Origin: Magallana gigas
Lineage: Eukaryota
Assembly: GCF_963853765.1 (NCBI RefSeq)
Contig: NC_088861.1
Location: 5,084,001-5,148,000, forward strand
Reading direction: 5' to 3'
Length of the DNA: 64,000 bases
A program made the position numbers and the translations under genes. Numbering within the stretch: position 1 is the stretch's first letter; each line of letters starts with the position of its first letter. Below, piece after piece: positions 12,028-23,364 of this stretch. Below the pieces are notes generated by a model. It ran no database searches, was not told the DNA's origin, and was given only the letters and a program-made list of their open reading frames with translations.

Positions 12028-15000
12028 TCAGACTTGAAGTGTACTTCCTAGCATGTAAATTCCGCCGTCCGTAGGGTCGTTATAATCACAAATTATAGTA
12101 TATTGCTCTGGAGATCTACGATTCGTGGAAAAAGTGTGTTCTGTTACCACAGACCCAACACAGTGTGCGTTTTCTCTTAAAAATCTCGTGAAAAACCTTC
12201 TGTTTGTTATTGTTATAATTAAGAAAGCTTCAATCAGCACCACGACTCCAAATCCGACAGAACAACCAATAATAAAAGCAAGATCTGAATCCAAACCTCC
12301 TTCTCGCTTTCTAAAAAAAAAACCTATTTTATCAATTTTAGAATTCAAAGGTTATGAGAAATGAATTATACTTGTACTATAAATTTCAGATACATGTAAT
12401 AGTTTTAAAAAGTTCCTTCGGGGGAAGGATTATGGATCCTTGCCTTTCTTGTTCGATCGAAAAACGCGACCAAAGCCATTTGTTTGAAGCAATCCCTAGA
12501 CGAAGGTTTTATTTGTCACTGATACGTACCCATCATCACCATTCGCAGCGCGGCTGAAATTGTGGTCTTTAAATTGTTCGTAATTGATTAAATCTCACTG
12601 GCTCTTACGGTGTGTCGTGCAATCGTGGTATTCGTAGAAAATAATTTGACCGTCAAAACATTTTCCACTATCAACATGATCATTTTCAACGGTGAATTTT
12701 CATTATCATTGTATCCGATTGCATTGTATCGTTTCTGAGCGCTGCATGTCGTATTTAATAGTGCTGTCCTAATTGTGATGATCTGAAGAAATCTTAGAGG
12801 AGTCAAACAACACACTGCGCTACGATCAGATGCGATCTGTCAATATAGCCAGTCGTACGAAATAGATATATCTGTCGGGGTCAAATCGTAGCTCATCTTC
12901 CATCTTGATCGTGAAAAATCGTAATCATGATCATGTCCCATCGCAACAGAGCACATTGGCTCATGATTAACTTATCGTAACGTTTACTAACGTATCTGCA
13001 AGTATTTAAGAGTCGGAGAATCATGTCGTGATGTTCGGATCAGATCGAGATTCAATCGGAAATTCTATGTAAGACAAATTATCAGAACCAATTTTGTCGT
13101 ATCTAAACGGGCAATGAAATTGTGACAGATCGCGTCACCTGAAATACGCTTATCGTGACCTTACCTTTTCAACGCTCAACAAAACGCATAAGGTGGTATC
13201 GCCTCGCATCACCTCGTACGTAGGTCAATCATTTTAGTGAAGTTCCACGATCAGGTACGAGTTGTCAATCGTAGTGTTAGACGACAAATCGCATTACAGT
13301 GGGTACCTAGCATCAGGCTTTATTTTCTGTCAAATTGATTTAATTGCATACATTTAATTTATTGTATATCTGCAAATTAGACATAACATCAATCAAGGGT
13401 ACCTTTGTATATCATTACATTACTTAAACAGCCAAACGATGCATTACACACTTCCTGCTCACAGTGGGAGCATTCCTGTTGGCAATCTTTTCCAAAATTT
13501 GGATATCTGCATGGACTTGCACATGATGAATCTCTGCCATTCAGTCAATTGAAAGGTGACTGAAAGGTAACTGAAAAATTACTGAATGGCATAGCTATGC
13601 CATTCAGCCACTTTCCAGACCATTCAGTTATCATTCAGTTGACTGAATGGCAGAGCTTCATCCTATGTTGAGCAATTTATTCCGAAAAAGCCAAGCGGAC
13701 AGTTTGTAAAATTATATTAACAAGAAACGTATTCTTAACAAACTATACAATTGAGGTTCATAATGGGTTGGTTTTTTTTAAACTAACTTAACTGTATAGG
13801 GTATAGTACTACGTATATGCTCGCACACATGAAAAATGCATTATTTACTACAAACCAATATATCTATTGTCTATCTCACTCCAATGACAATCTTCTTGGC
13901 AATTTTCCTTGTCGTTCCTTTTCAGAAATAATATAATTTTAGAAAAAGTATAATTAAAGAAGTTTTCAAAATAGGGTAAATCATTGATATATACATTAGC
14001 TAACAGAAATAAGTTAAAATGAGCAAATCAGGTGACAATGGGAAAGACAATCTCAAATTGTATTTAATTCATCGAACTCAGCCTTATATATTGACGCAGC
14101 AGCTGCTTTTCTCTAAATACATTATCTTTATTTGTGCATAGAACTATTTATTTATTGAAAATTTATGCTTGACACATTATGCAGTCTTAAGATGAACAAA
14201 ATAAGATGCAGCAAAGGACGCGAACTGCTAGAGAGGGCTAATGTTTCATTCCACTAATTTTGCACTGCCTCTTCCCGTTTTACATTTCCTCATTTTATAT
14301 TTAATTATTATCACGTGTTCTATTCTAAAAGTTATTTTCCTTACAAGTCGAAGTTAATGAATGTTTTCACAAAGGAAGAAAATAGATGTGTCTCACATCT
14401 TTATATAATTTCTTATAAATTTGTTAATATCCATTCTAACCTGTGGTAGACATAGTGTTACACATAGTGTTACATTATGACGACTTGCCGCAAAAAAATT
14501 CATTGATATAACATTCGTTCACAAAATTCTTTTACGTAATAGGTTTTGCAAATCAAATATTTACCTGTGCACACGTATCAGATGCCTTGTTTTAAGCTTA
14601 TCTACGTGTAACTTATCTATCGACTAGAAAAGCATTTATGTAGTTTTTGAAATAAATCACAATTTCTAAAGCATCTTTACTTTGCGCACATAATCATTTT
14701 CATATCCAACATGTTCCTCAATGCTAACTATAGATCAAGTGGTATAAGTACGACTCCGTTGACGACCCAGTCTTTCAGTGTTTAAAATCAAAACTATGTT
14801 CAATATTGTAATGGTATGTTTTGTGTTATTTAAATTTGTGTATCTTTTGCCATATGTTAACAATAACTAACCTATTGAAGGTCCGTCCATCTGTCCCACG
14901 TGAAATAAAATGTATGTATATGTAAAGGCAGTTCAAATCACGAGATCGCCGATGAAATAAGTTTCCGAGAGCACAAAAGCACTACGGATGAAGGCGATGA

Positions 15001-18000
15001 CAAAGATATTTTAAGACATTCTACCAAACTGTGTTAGGGCTACAACTGTACATGTCATATAACAGACATCAACGAGATACGTCATAGTATTAATACCGAA
15101 AAGACAATCTAACATCTTTATTACAGAATTCATGGAATTAAGAGGACCTCAAACAAGAACTGCGTCCCGATAAACATTTAAAAGATCTTTTTTGGAAAAT
15201 GAACTCTTCCATAATCACATACAGTATAGCCTCCGTAACATTGAATATTAATATCGTTTCAACAATATTCTCTTCCATAATATCGAGTCAAGAAACCAAG
15301 AAACAAGATGCGGCGATACAACCTGCCGTGCCTTGCCTTAGTAAATGACCTTTAATTGTCAAACTTGTTCAACTTTTAGGCTCAGAAAATATCAGATCAT
15401 GAACAATCTTGGAACGAATATTAAAAATAGTTTAAAATTACGAAATAATTTGTTTGCTTAGTTTGAGTACTTTGTCTATTCTCCTGCTCAATTTAAATGC
15501 TTATATGTATTGATTATATAATGTATCTATATGAATACTGATTTGATGTAAATCTTAAAGTGAATAAAGAATGAACAAACAAAAAATTCAAATTTTTGAA
15601 AGAAACATTTAGTTCTATACTACTTGATTTTCCAATACATCGCGGTTTATAAAGCGTGAACTGCTCTAAACCATTTTATGTCGTATAAAACAAATAAATA
15701 TTGAATTCATTGCTTATAATTTAAATTGTTTACTCTTTTTACTCTTCATTGTAGATAAAAACGGGCGTTTGACCTTTCAAAGACGTAAAATTGTACAAAA
15801 TTCAAACATAACGTCACGCGTATTGATACGTTTATGACGTTAGTCTTACAATGACGTAGGCAACATTCTTTATACGATATCAAAAATTTTTTTAGCAAAT
15901 CAGAAAGAGCGTTTCAACCAGAATTAAATTATTAAAGAATGAAAAAAAATTCAAATTTTTGAAAGAAACATTTAGTTCTATACTACCGGATTCTCCAATA
16001 CATGATGCCTTTGTTTACTACTCTGTGCAGTTGGATCGCCGCATTCGCACATAATATACTTGGTATAACATACAGTCTTACAACCAATCATGTATTGTTC
16101 TGTTTTCATCAATTTATACCTTTTGTACATACGTATAAACTAATGCAAATTAAATGGCATTTAAAATGCATTTATCCGTATGAATCATCAAAGAATGGAG
16201 TAAAACTTTTTAGTTGAAAATTGTGTTATACCAAGTTTCTTCCTCGTTTCCATACACATGTGTGCATTGCAGAAACACATGGCTATAGGGAAACTAATTT
16301 TCTCATGGATGCAATGCAGTATCAATGCGTTCGGTTTATTTTTCCTTTTTGCTACATAACAATCTGTAAAAGTTACAACTGCAGAGCCCCCAGTGAGAAA
16401 AATAGAGACTTTATCAAAATAACATTGATATTCAAAATAATATAGTGAAAATAAAATAAGGGAAGTGAAATAAGAATGTAGATTTAAATAAACACTTAGA
16501 TCTATTAAAGGCATAATATTTTTTATTAATTGCATTTTGCGGAATGGCGATTTCATAGGTTAGTAAATATTTTCTTGGACTAAGGCATCGGCTAAAGTTT
16601 TTAATTTTTATCAATTTAAAATTATCTCATTTCAAATATTTAATGTAAGTATATTATATGATTTTCTTTAAGAAATATTCTATGTAATAACTTTTAAGAG
16701 TAGACGATCTTCTTCTCCCTTTAATCATCCTACACGCAAAGTATTAATTGTCAGTAAAAATGATTATTGTTTATTAATAGGTTGTCCGATTGGTTACTAT
16801 GAAATAAATTGTAAAGTCAATGCAGATATCCAAATGATGGAAGAGATTGCCAACAATATTGCTCTCATTGGGAGAAGAAAGCGTGCAATTTTATCTTTGG
16901 TTGCCCGACATCTGGTACAATAACCGTTATGGCAAACCAGATCGGCGATGAATAATATCCTGAAATATGATGCCTCCGGAGCTTAAAGAATTTAATTTAA
17001 ATAATGATAAACAAAACATATTTATGATGTAATTTTTAAAAATTATTTTTAGAAATAAAAAAATTAAAATTTGAAAATAAACTAAAAATGTCTACAGTAA
17101 GTCATCAGTCTGCAGAGAAACCGTCGTATCTCGATGGATCACCTTGGAAATATGACTGTTTGTTTGTATATAGTATAGTATAGCGGTTAACTAATTTTGT
17201 TAACCTATGGCGAACGTATTATGGTATACCATAGTACTTCCATCTCGATACGATCCGGCGTCCATACCTACTCCACCTCTCAAATGCACTGACACAGTAA
17301 AATTAAGATGTGATGAGGTACACTTACATGCTCCGTACAGGACGTATGGGTTGTCCTGCAGTTTAAGAATAAATAAATATAAATGAATAATGGACCACCG
17401 GTGTACCAAGTCTGGTGACAGTGGTTTTATTATTGTTTCAGTGGCCGGAAGCATATAAGCGAGGTCATATCAAAAATCAAAATTAAAATCATAATAAATC
17501 ATAGTAAAAAATGATGATGATAATATAAATTTAGAGATTAAATATAAAATAGGTGATTTACTAAATTTGGTAAAACCTGAATACAACCTGGTTTGATTAA
17601 TTAAAATTTGCTTAAACCTGTATTCAACCAGCTATGGTTAAATTAAATAGGATTTATGATTTTATACTTATATGATTTTACAATAATATATATAATATAA
17701 AAATTATATGAAATAGATTAAAGCAAAAACTCAACATTTTTTTTAATGTAGTTACTACCTTTGTCTATTGATACATCAGGAATCAAACAGCCAAATCTTG
17801 CATCACACATTTCCTTCAAACAATTCGAACATTCATATCGACAACCTTTTCCATAACTTGGATATCTGCATGGACTCGAGCAGTTACTTCCGATATATCC
17901 GATTTTACATTCTATCAAAACAGAGCAGGATAAATTGCACGTTTAAAAACCGATACATGTCTATAATGGATAATTTAATTTACTTTTTATAATAACATTT

Positions 18001-18276
18001 CCTTAAATCTTTACCATTCTGCATCATTCTTTATTAATCACGATACTGTTAATTTTTACTACAATATTACACGTTCAAGAAGGAAATTGTCTACAATATG
18101 GAAAGAATTACCATTAGACAAAACTGTGCTTTTCTGCCTTCTTAAAATGCTAGTGAAATAACATGTCATTGTTTTGTTCATAGAAAAAGAAGCGTATGAA
18201 ACTTATAAGGCTTACCTTTTGCAAATGATGTGATGTTGCAGAGCAAATGAAAACAAACAAAGAGTTGGAATACCAT
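12028..18276 (-). CDS. EGF-like receptor gene 3 (divergent type B), tentative 174-aa model
   Basis: Exons 18216-18276 (MVFQLFVCFHLLCNITSFAK, phase 1), 17759-17911 (ECKIGYIGSNCSSPCRYPSYG...), putative micro-exon 17328-17355 and TM/tail exon 12028-12310 (...DLAFIIGCSVGFGVVVLIEAFLIITITNRRFF...GGIYMLGSTLQV*). Total 525 nt with no stops. Without the micro-exon the TM exon needs the alternative acceptor at 12302 or is frameshifted. Confidence 0.55.
12590..13320. mobile_element. Degraded non-autonomous DNA transposon-like repeat
   Basis: CG-richer block full of ATCGT/ACGAT motifs. Only weak terminal inverted similarity (CTCACTG / CCCACTG). Confidence 0.35.
13403..13703 (-). pseudogene. Disrupted second EGF-like exon of gene 3
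   Basis: Removing the 13520-13667 insert plus one TTG copy restores a 150-nt exon, DCPLGFFGINCSSPCRYPNFGKDCQQECSHCEQEVCNASFGCLSNVMIYK. The acceptor reads TTTACAA instead of TTTACAG. Confidence 0.85.
13520..13667. mobile_element. 148-bp palindromic MITE, CMC (CACTA/Chapaev)-like ends, 3-bp TTG target duplication
   Basis: Left end CACATGATGAATCTCTGCCATTCAGTCAATTGAA versus right-end reverse complement CATAGGATGAAGCTCTGCCATTCAGTCAACTGAA. TTG flanks both sides. There is a central perfect 26-bp palindrome, CTGAATGGCATAGCTATGCCATTCAG. Confidence 0.85.
15566..16000 (+). repeat. Direct repeat pair (about 70 bp) about 370 bp apart
   Basis: AAAGAATGAA...AAATTCAAATTTTTGAAAGAAACATTTAGTTCTATACTAC...GATT.TCCAATACAT occurs at about 15566 and 15934. 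Confidence 0.7.
16781..16914 (+). pseudogene. Inverted EGF-like pseudo-exon
   Basis: AATAG|GTTGTCCGATTGGTTACTAT... translates CPIGYYEINCK, then a 1-nt deletion, then QCRYPNDGRDCQQYCSHWEKKACNFIFGCPTS. It has a frameshift and a Cys-to-Trp change, and lies on the strand opposite all other family exons. Confidence 0.8.
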
Positions 18277-20439
18277 TGCAACAAAATGTTATTTGCAGAA
18301 AATAGTAATTGGAACCTATCTCAAAATACATGAGTTTCCTTTTTCCGTTTACTGTTAGCACGCCACTAAAATGATTTGATGCTTTAAATACGTATAAGGA
18401 AAGACAAAGCTAGTGAGCCATAATAATTTAATATATCTGTTAAGTGTGTGCCTATGACTTTATTTTACAGAAATCGCAAAAATCACAACGGATTATGCCT
18501 AATTGTTTACAAATTCCATGTTGAAACATTAGACCATTTCGATTTGTTAAATCGTGAACAGCTATAAATAAAAAAGCAGTATCATTTTTTCAGATTGTTT
18601 GTTATACCAACTATTAGTAATTGTATATACGTCGTTTAGAAAAATAATAACCTAGGTGGTACAAATAGCTTATGTTATTAGATTTCATCACATATGTACA
18701 TTATAGAATACACAGCAAATTACGATTTTTGTATTTAATCTGTGTATGTGTATTTAATCGTAAACTGTATATTTATAGTGTTTGTTATAGCGTTACCTTT
18801 ACCCAGGTCGTTCAAATACAACGCTCAAACTGCTAATACTCACCATTACAGATGTCAACTACTTGAGCAATACAGTTGAACATAAACGCGGATAATTTAA
18901 ACAATATATTCCTAGGTTCCTGCTATTAATTGCTCATTACTGGTTTTCGAATCTGGTGTTTTGCTTAACGTATTAATAAAATATACCCCTAGATATGAAT
19001 TTAAAGATAACTGACAAAAAATACCCGGATCTTTTGCAAACTCTTTTTAGTCTTGTTTGACTTAAGGACTTTGAAGGACGGCCCTTGATATGATGGCAAA
19101 TGATAATCGACAAAACTTATCTCCACCGTCAAAACAACACTTTGAACGACCGAAATCATTTTAAAGCAGTTGTCGGTTTCAATAAATATCTGTTATACGA
19201 AATCTATCTAGACAATTTTAAAGGTAACATATTTGAACAAAAAAAAAAATCTTTTGCTTGGAGATTGATTGGGGATATGAAGTTGGGACATTGCAGCAAA
19301 AATATATAATCTGCATTAGCGGGTTAGGTTAATTTGTCCTGCAAAGATCGCTACCTTTATAACCCTCATGAATCACAAAAGAAAGCATTTTTTCATTTTT
19401 TTATATTTCCATCTTTTTTAACAAATTAATTAACTGAGTGTTAACTGATTGTTAAAAATAAATTAAATTCACTAAATTATTGTTAATGTACATCAGTCTA
19501 TTAGGTAAAAGAAACAGTCAAGATCTCTCCTACGGAATTTCGAGGTTTACATCAGTATTAGGCCCTGCAGTCCGCGATATTTCCTAGATCGCTATAGGTT
19601 TAGACTAATCATTTTACAGGGTGTGCATATACCAGTCCTGTCCGTTTCAATAGAGCTATGAATTAACCATAAGTTATCTAAGAAATAGGGGGAATCATAC
19701 TCGGTAGATGTAATTATAATGTGATCAACACACAATACATTCGGGGATGTGTCCGGTCCATTTGATGATGTAAGTAACGTTTGCCATTCATACTGATTGC
19801 GCCATAAATACACAATATATCATTTAAACTTTACTGTAAGCCCTGTTTATGATAAATGCAACACATTTAACCAGCAAAAAGACCTTAGAATCAAGAGTTG
19901 ATGAACATAATTTTTGTTTACAAACATAAATATATTATTGACTTCAAGAAAGAGAAAATATATGTGACTACAGTAGAGCTAAGTACGTTAAAATTAAGAT
20001 TACATGTATATGCAGTAATACGTTGATACTGCAATACTGCTTACAGCTAAGTTGGTTTTATTTCTATTATCGTAATATTGATTTGTATTGTATTGTTATC
20101 TATCTATTAAATTTATATCTATCTCAGTTGAATATATTAGCAAGACAAAAATCACTGTTTATTCCATTTAATGATTATTTACAAACATACAATCATGTAC
20201 ATCTAATAATATATACAACATTACATTCATAAGTAATACAATGATTTTGAACAACTCATTACATAATTATCAATACCAGTTTGCTTAAACCAACAATCAA
20301 TTAAGTAATTTTATATCAACACATCGATTTGACATCATCCTCCACTTTCCGCACTTGTCCTTCAATTTCAACCAACCAATGAGTAAAACATAAAAGCAAT
20401 TTTCTTTTCTTTTTGTGAGATTTCGAATCAAAGTCATTC

Positions 20440-21687
20440 TCAGAGGTAAATAAGTCTGTCGACAAAAGATGATCTTCTGATATTTAGGACCCATTGTTGT
20501 TTTCTTCTAAACAAATAGGTAATGGCTATAAAAGTAACTAAAAACCCGGATGCCATTACTCCGATGATGACGTAATCAAGTTGAACTGAACCAAAAGATA
20601 TTTTCTTTGTTGCTTTTGAACCTAAATTTTTCATTAAAAGATGAAACAAATAAAAATATCAAAATGTTATGGTAGTTTAAAAAAGAATTTCTTAGATAAG
20701 GCGACATACCATTTGCTTAATTTAAGCACATAATATATAAGTTAACACTGTGACTTTCATAATGGGGATAATTTAGGCCCTTACAATTCTGTGGCATCAT
20801 TATAATTCGTGGTGGCTTAATTTTCGTGGTATTTGTGGGTAGCCCTCTCCCACAATTAACATCCTCAACAAAACTAATTATTAAAGATTTAGTTTACATA
20901 CTGAAACTGAAATCCGACGCATTTACGAAATCACATCCCCACGAATCAGCAAAAAAAAACCACAATCAACGAAAATTGCCCCCCCCATGAAATTAAATGA
21001 TTCCACAGTATATTGTCCCTAATGAAATTAATTATATCTTTTCTACATATTATCTTTAAGTTGTGTACCCCTTTGAGTTGTTCCATAATTTTTCGGACAA
21101 CCTAATGTAGAATCGCACAATTCTTGGTTGCAGTACGAACAATCTTGTTCACAATCTCTTCCATAATTCGGATACCTGCATAGACTGGAACAGTTTTTCC
21201 CATATGATCCAACGTTACAATCTGTCATGTGACAGAAATATTAAACAACGATACAAAAGGCAAGTTTAGGTGAACATTAAGTTATATTGACTTTGAAAAA
21301 ATATACTGTCGCAATACAAAAAGCATATGGTTTTATTTCATAAATAAAAACTGACCAACGCATTTGTTTAAAATCTCGTTCCATTGGCAATCTTCAAGAC
21401 AATTTTCATCCGAGTTCCTTTCAAGAATATTAATTTTTAAATTAAAATCACTAGTGATCGAATATATCAGAAGGTATTTAAAATTTACAACAAATCTACA
21501 AGAATTTCATCAAATAACTAATGAAATATAAAGTCAGTTTAAATATTTCTTTTTAAAATCGCTAGCTGTTGTAAACGGAAACAAAATAATTTACTCACTC
21601 AGCGTGTGAAACTTACCTTTCGCAGTTCAAAGATGCGCATGTAGTACTGCAATACAAACAGAGGACAACATAAAGCTGATACTTCAT
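20440..21687 (-). CDS. EGF-like receptor gene 4 (type A), 155 aa
   Basis: Exons 21617-21687 (MKYQLYVVLCLYCSTTCASLNCE-R), 21356-21417 (NSDENCLEDCQWNEILNKCV), 21069-21221 (DCNVGSYGKNCSSLCRYPNYG...) and 20440-20621 (...VQLDYVIIGVMASGFLVTFIAITYLFRRKQQWVLNIRRSSFVDRLIYL*). The 468 nt join in frame. Confidence 0.88.
20789..21008. mobile_element. MITE of the CTGT/TA family in the last intron of gene 4
   Basis: CTGTGGCATCATT ... AATGATTCCACAG|TA. Confidence 0.7.
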
Positions 21688-22378
21688 TGCGCCGATTTAT
21701 TCTAATAATACCAATATATATAATATTGTTTAAAGATTTGTTTTGCTTATCTGAGAATGGGTTGGCGGAGAATGTTACAAGGAAAGTTAATACAAGCGGA
21801 AGTTAAAAGAGGACATGAAATATAGATGAGGCGGTTGATACTGACTAATTACGTACAAGCTGAATATTTATCTGTGTGAAACCATCAGATACACCATCTC
21901 CATCTTCACTGCTCGGTTACATTTGTTTCCTGTTTGTAATATAACGTAATTATATATATATATGTTATTTGATTCCGTAAATACAAAGTAAGCAAGCACG
22001 ATAAACTAAAAAGTAGCATCTAATTATGAAATCGAATGCTCAGCTGTATAATATTGGAAGAACTGTACGACAGATACATGTATGTAACTGAAGAACAAGT
22101 AAAGACGTCAACTGAATTGGCAAGAAATAAATGCATGAATTATTTACATTTAGATGTCACATTTAATTTAATGTCCAAATTGTTTCCCATAGTTTTCACC
22201 TGTGCATATATTTTAATCCATATCAGGTGTCTATAAATCTTATTTCTGAATCAGTACCTTTACACTCACCCAACTAGAAATGTTTTTAAATACCCGTGAT
22301 GGTTTTGTAGGTTTGGGCGTAGCAGGCACCTAATAAGGACATGCTTTCTTGTGCTAGAGTTTGTTCATCTTAAAGTAA

Positions 22379-23364
22379 CAGGCGTAGCATCGTTTTTGAA
22401 AGTCTGGGGCAAGACTCATATATTCTACTTTATTAAGATAGTAGACTCGAATTTTGGGCTTTAATACCGAGAAATCGGAAAGAGTACTGTCTTTTGTTTT
22501 CTATATTTTAAACATTATTGGTACTTGAAGATTACCAATTTGTTTTGTTTTTTCTCATTCAAGCTTCGCTAATCAATAATCAATAAGAATTCCTTTAAAA
22601 ATCTGGAAATCATGTGGATTTTTCGGATTTTACAATAGCTCGGTGCATTTAATATAAAAAAAATCCCGAAAATAAATTCGAAGCGAGTAAAAAAAAAAAT
22701 TGTGAAAAAGTGTTGAATTCTTAAAAAATATGAATTAAAGTTTTAAATGAAAGGTATTTACAGCCTCAAATTGGTTTGTTATGAATAATTTGACTGTTAT
22801 TTTCAATGCAGCTTTATTATTTTTTTTCCAAAATCGTTTCAGAGCGATTTTTCAATTTTCAGCTACATTACGGGTACAGGTATATGGGAGATATTTTAAA
22901 TGTGGCGAAGGCCTGTCCCGAGGAACTGTAAAATTATTCTAACTAGGCAGAGTGTAGTGTAACTAAAAACGTTTTTGTTGGCTTAAACCTTGGTTATGTA
23001 AATGTCAGCAATACGGTGTATCGATGTATCTATTTCTTAAATGTCCAATATCATACGCAATGTCAACCCGTACACGCACGGGTCAAAGTCTTACAAAAAA
23101 ATCTTGACAAGCAAACAAAAAAGCAACAACAAAAACCCTCCAAATTCTTCAAAATCCTAATCTGTGGCGTCGTCTATCTATGATTTTAATTTCACACTTC
23201 ATTTCCTTATTTTCATTCCAATTTTTTACATGCTCCCAAAAAAGTAGAGGGGGGGGGGGGGCAACTCCAATTTTTTATATGTAAATTTAAGAAAATTTGT
23301 TGCTGCAAGAAAAGTGGGGAGGGGGGAGGCCCCCTTGCCCCCCCCCCCCCATGCCACGTGCCTG
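22379..23364. mobile_element. Poly-G MITE-like element (CAGGC...GCCTG ends) hosting a nested Helitron
   Basis: Ends CAGGCGTAGCAT / ATGCCACGTGCCTG, with G/C runs at 23249-23350. Confidence 0.45.
22420..23092 (+). mobile_element. Non-autonomous Helitron
   Basis: 3' hairpin ACCCGT-ACACGC-ACGGGT followed by CAAAGTCTT. Homologous over several hundred bp to the inverted copy at 57415-58460, which ends in canonical CTAG. Confidence 0.65.

Noticed and set aside
14927-15350. Plus-strand exon-like segments (SSNHEIADEISF...; MNSSIITYSIAS...)
   Set aside because: No consistent multi-exon frame, no family similarity and no recognisable motif.
19592-19813. 73-aa ORF as an extra cytoplasmic exon of gene 4
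   Set aside because: Gene 4's TM exon has its own stop and no convincing donor, and no counterpart exists beside the other type A genes.
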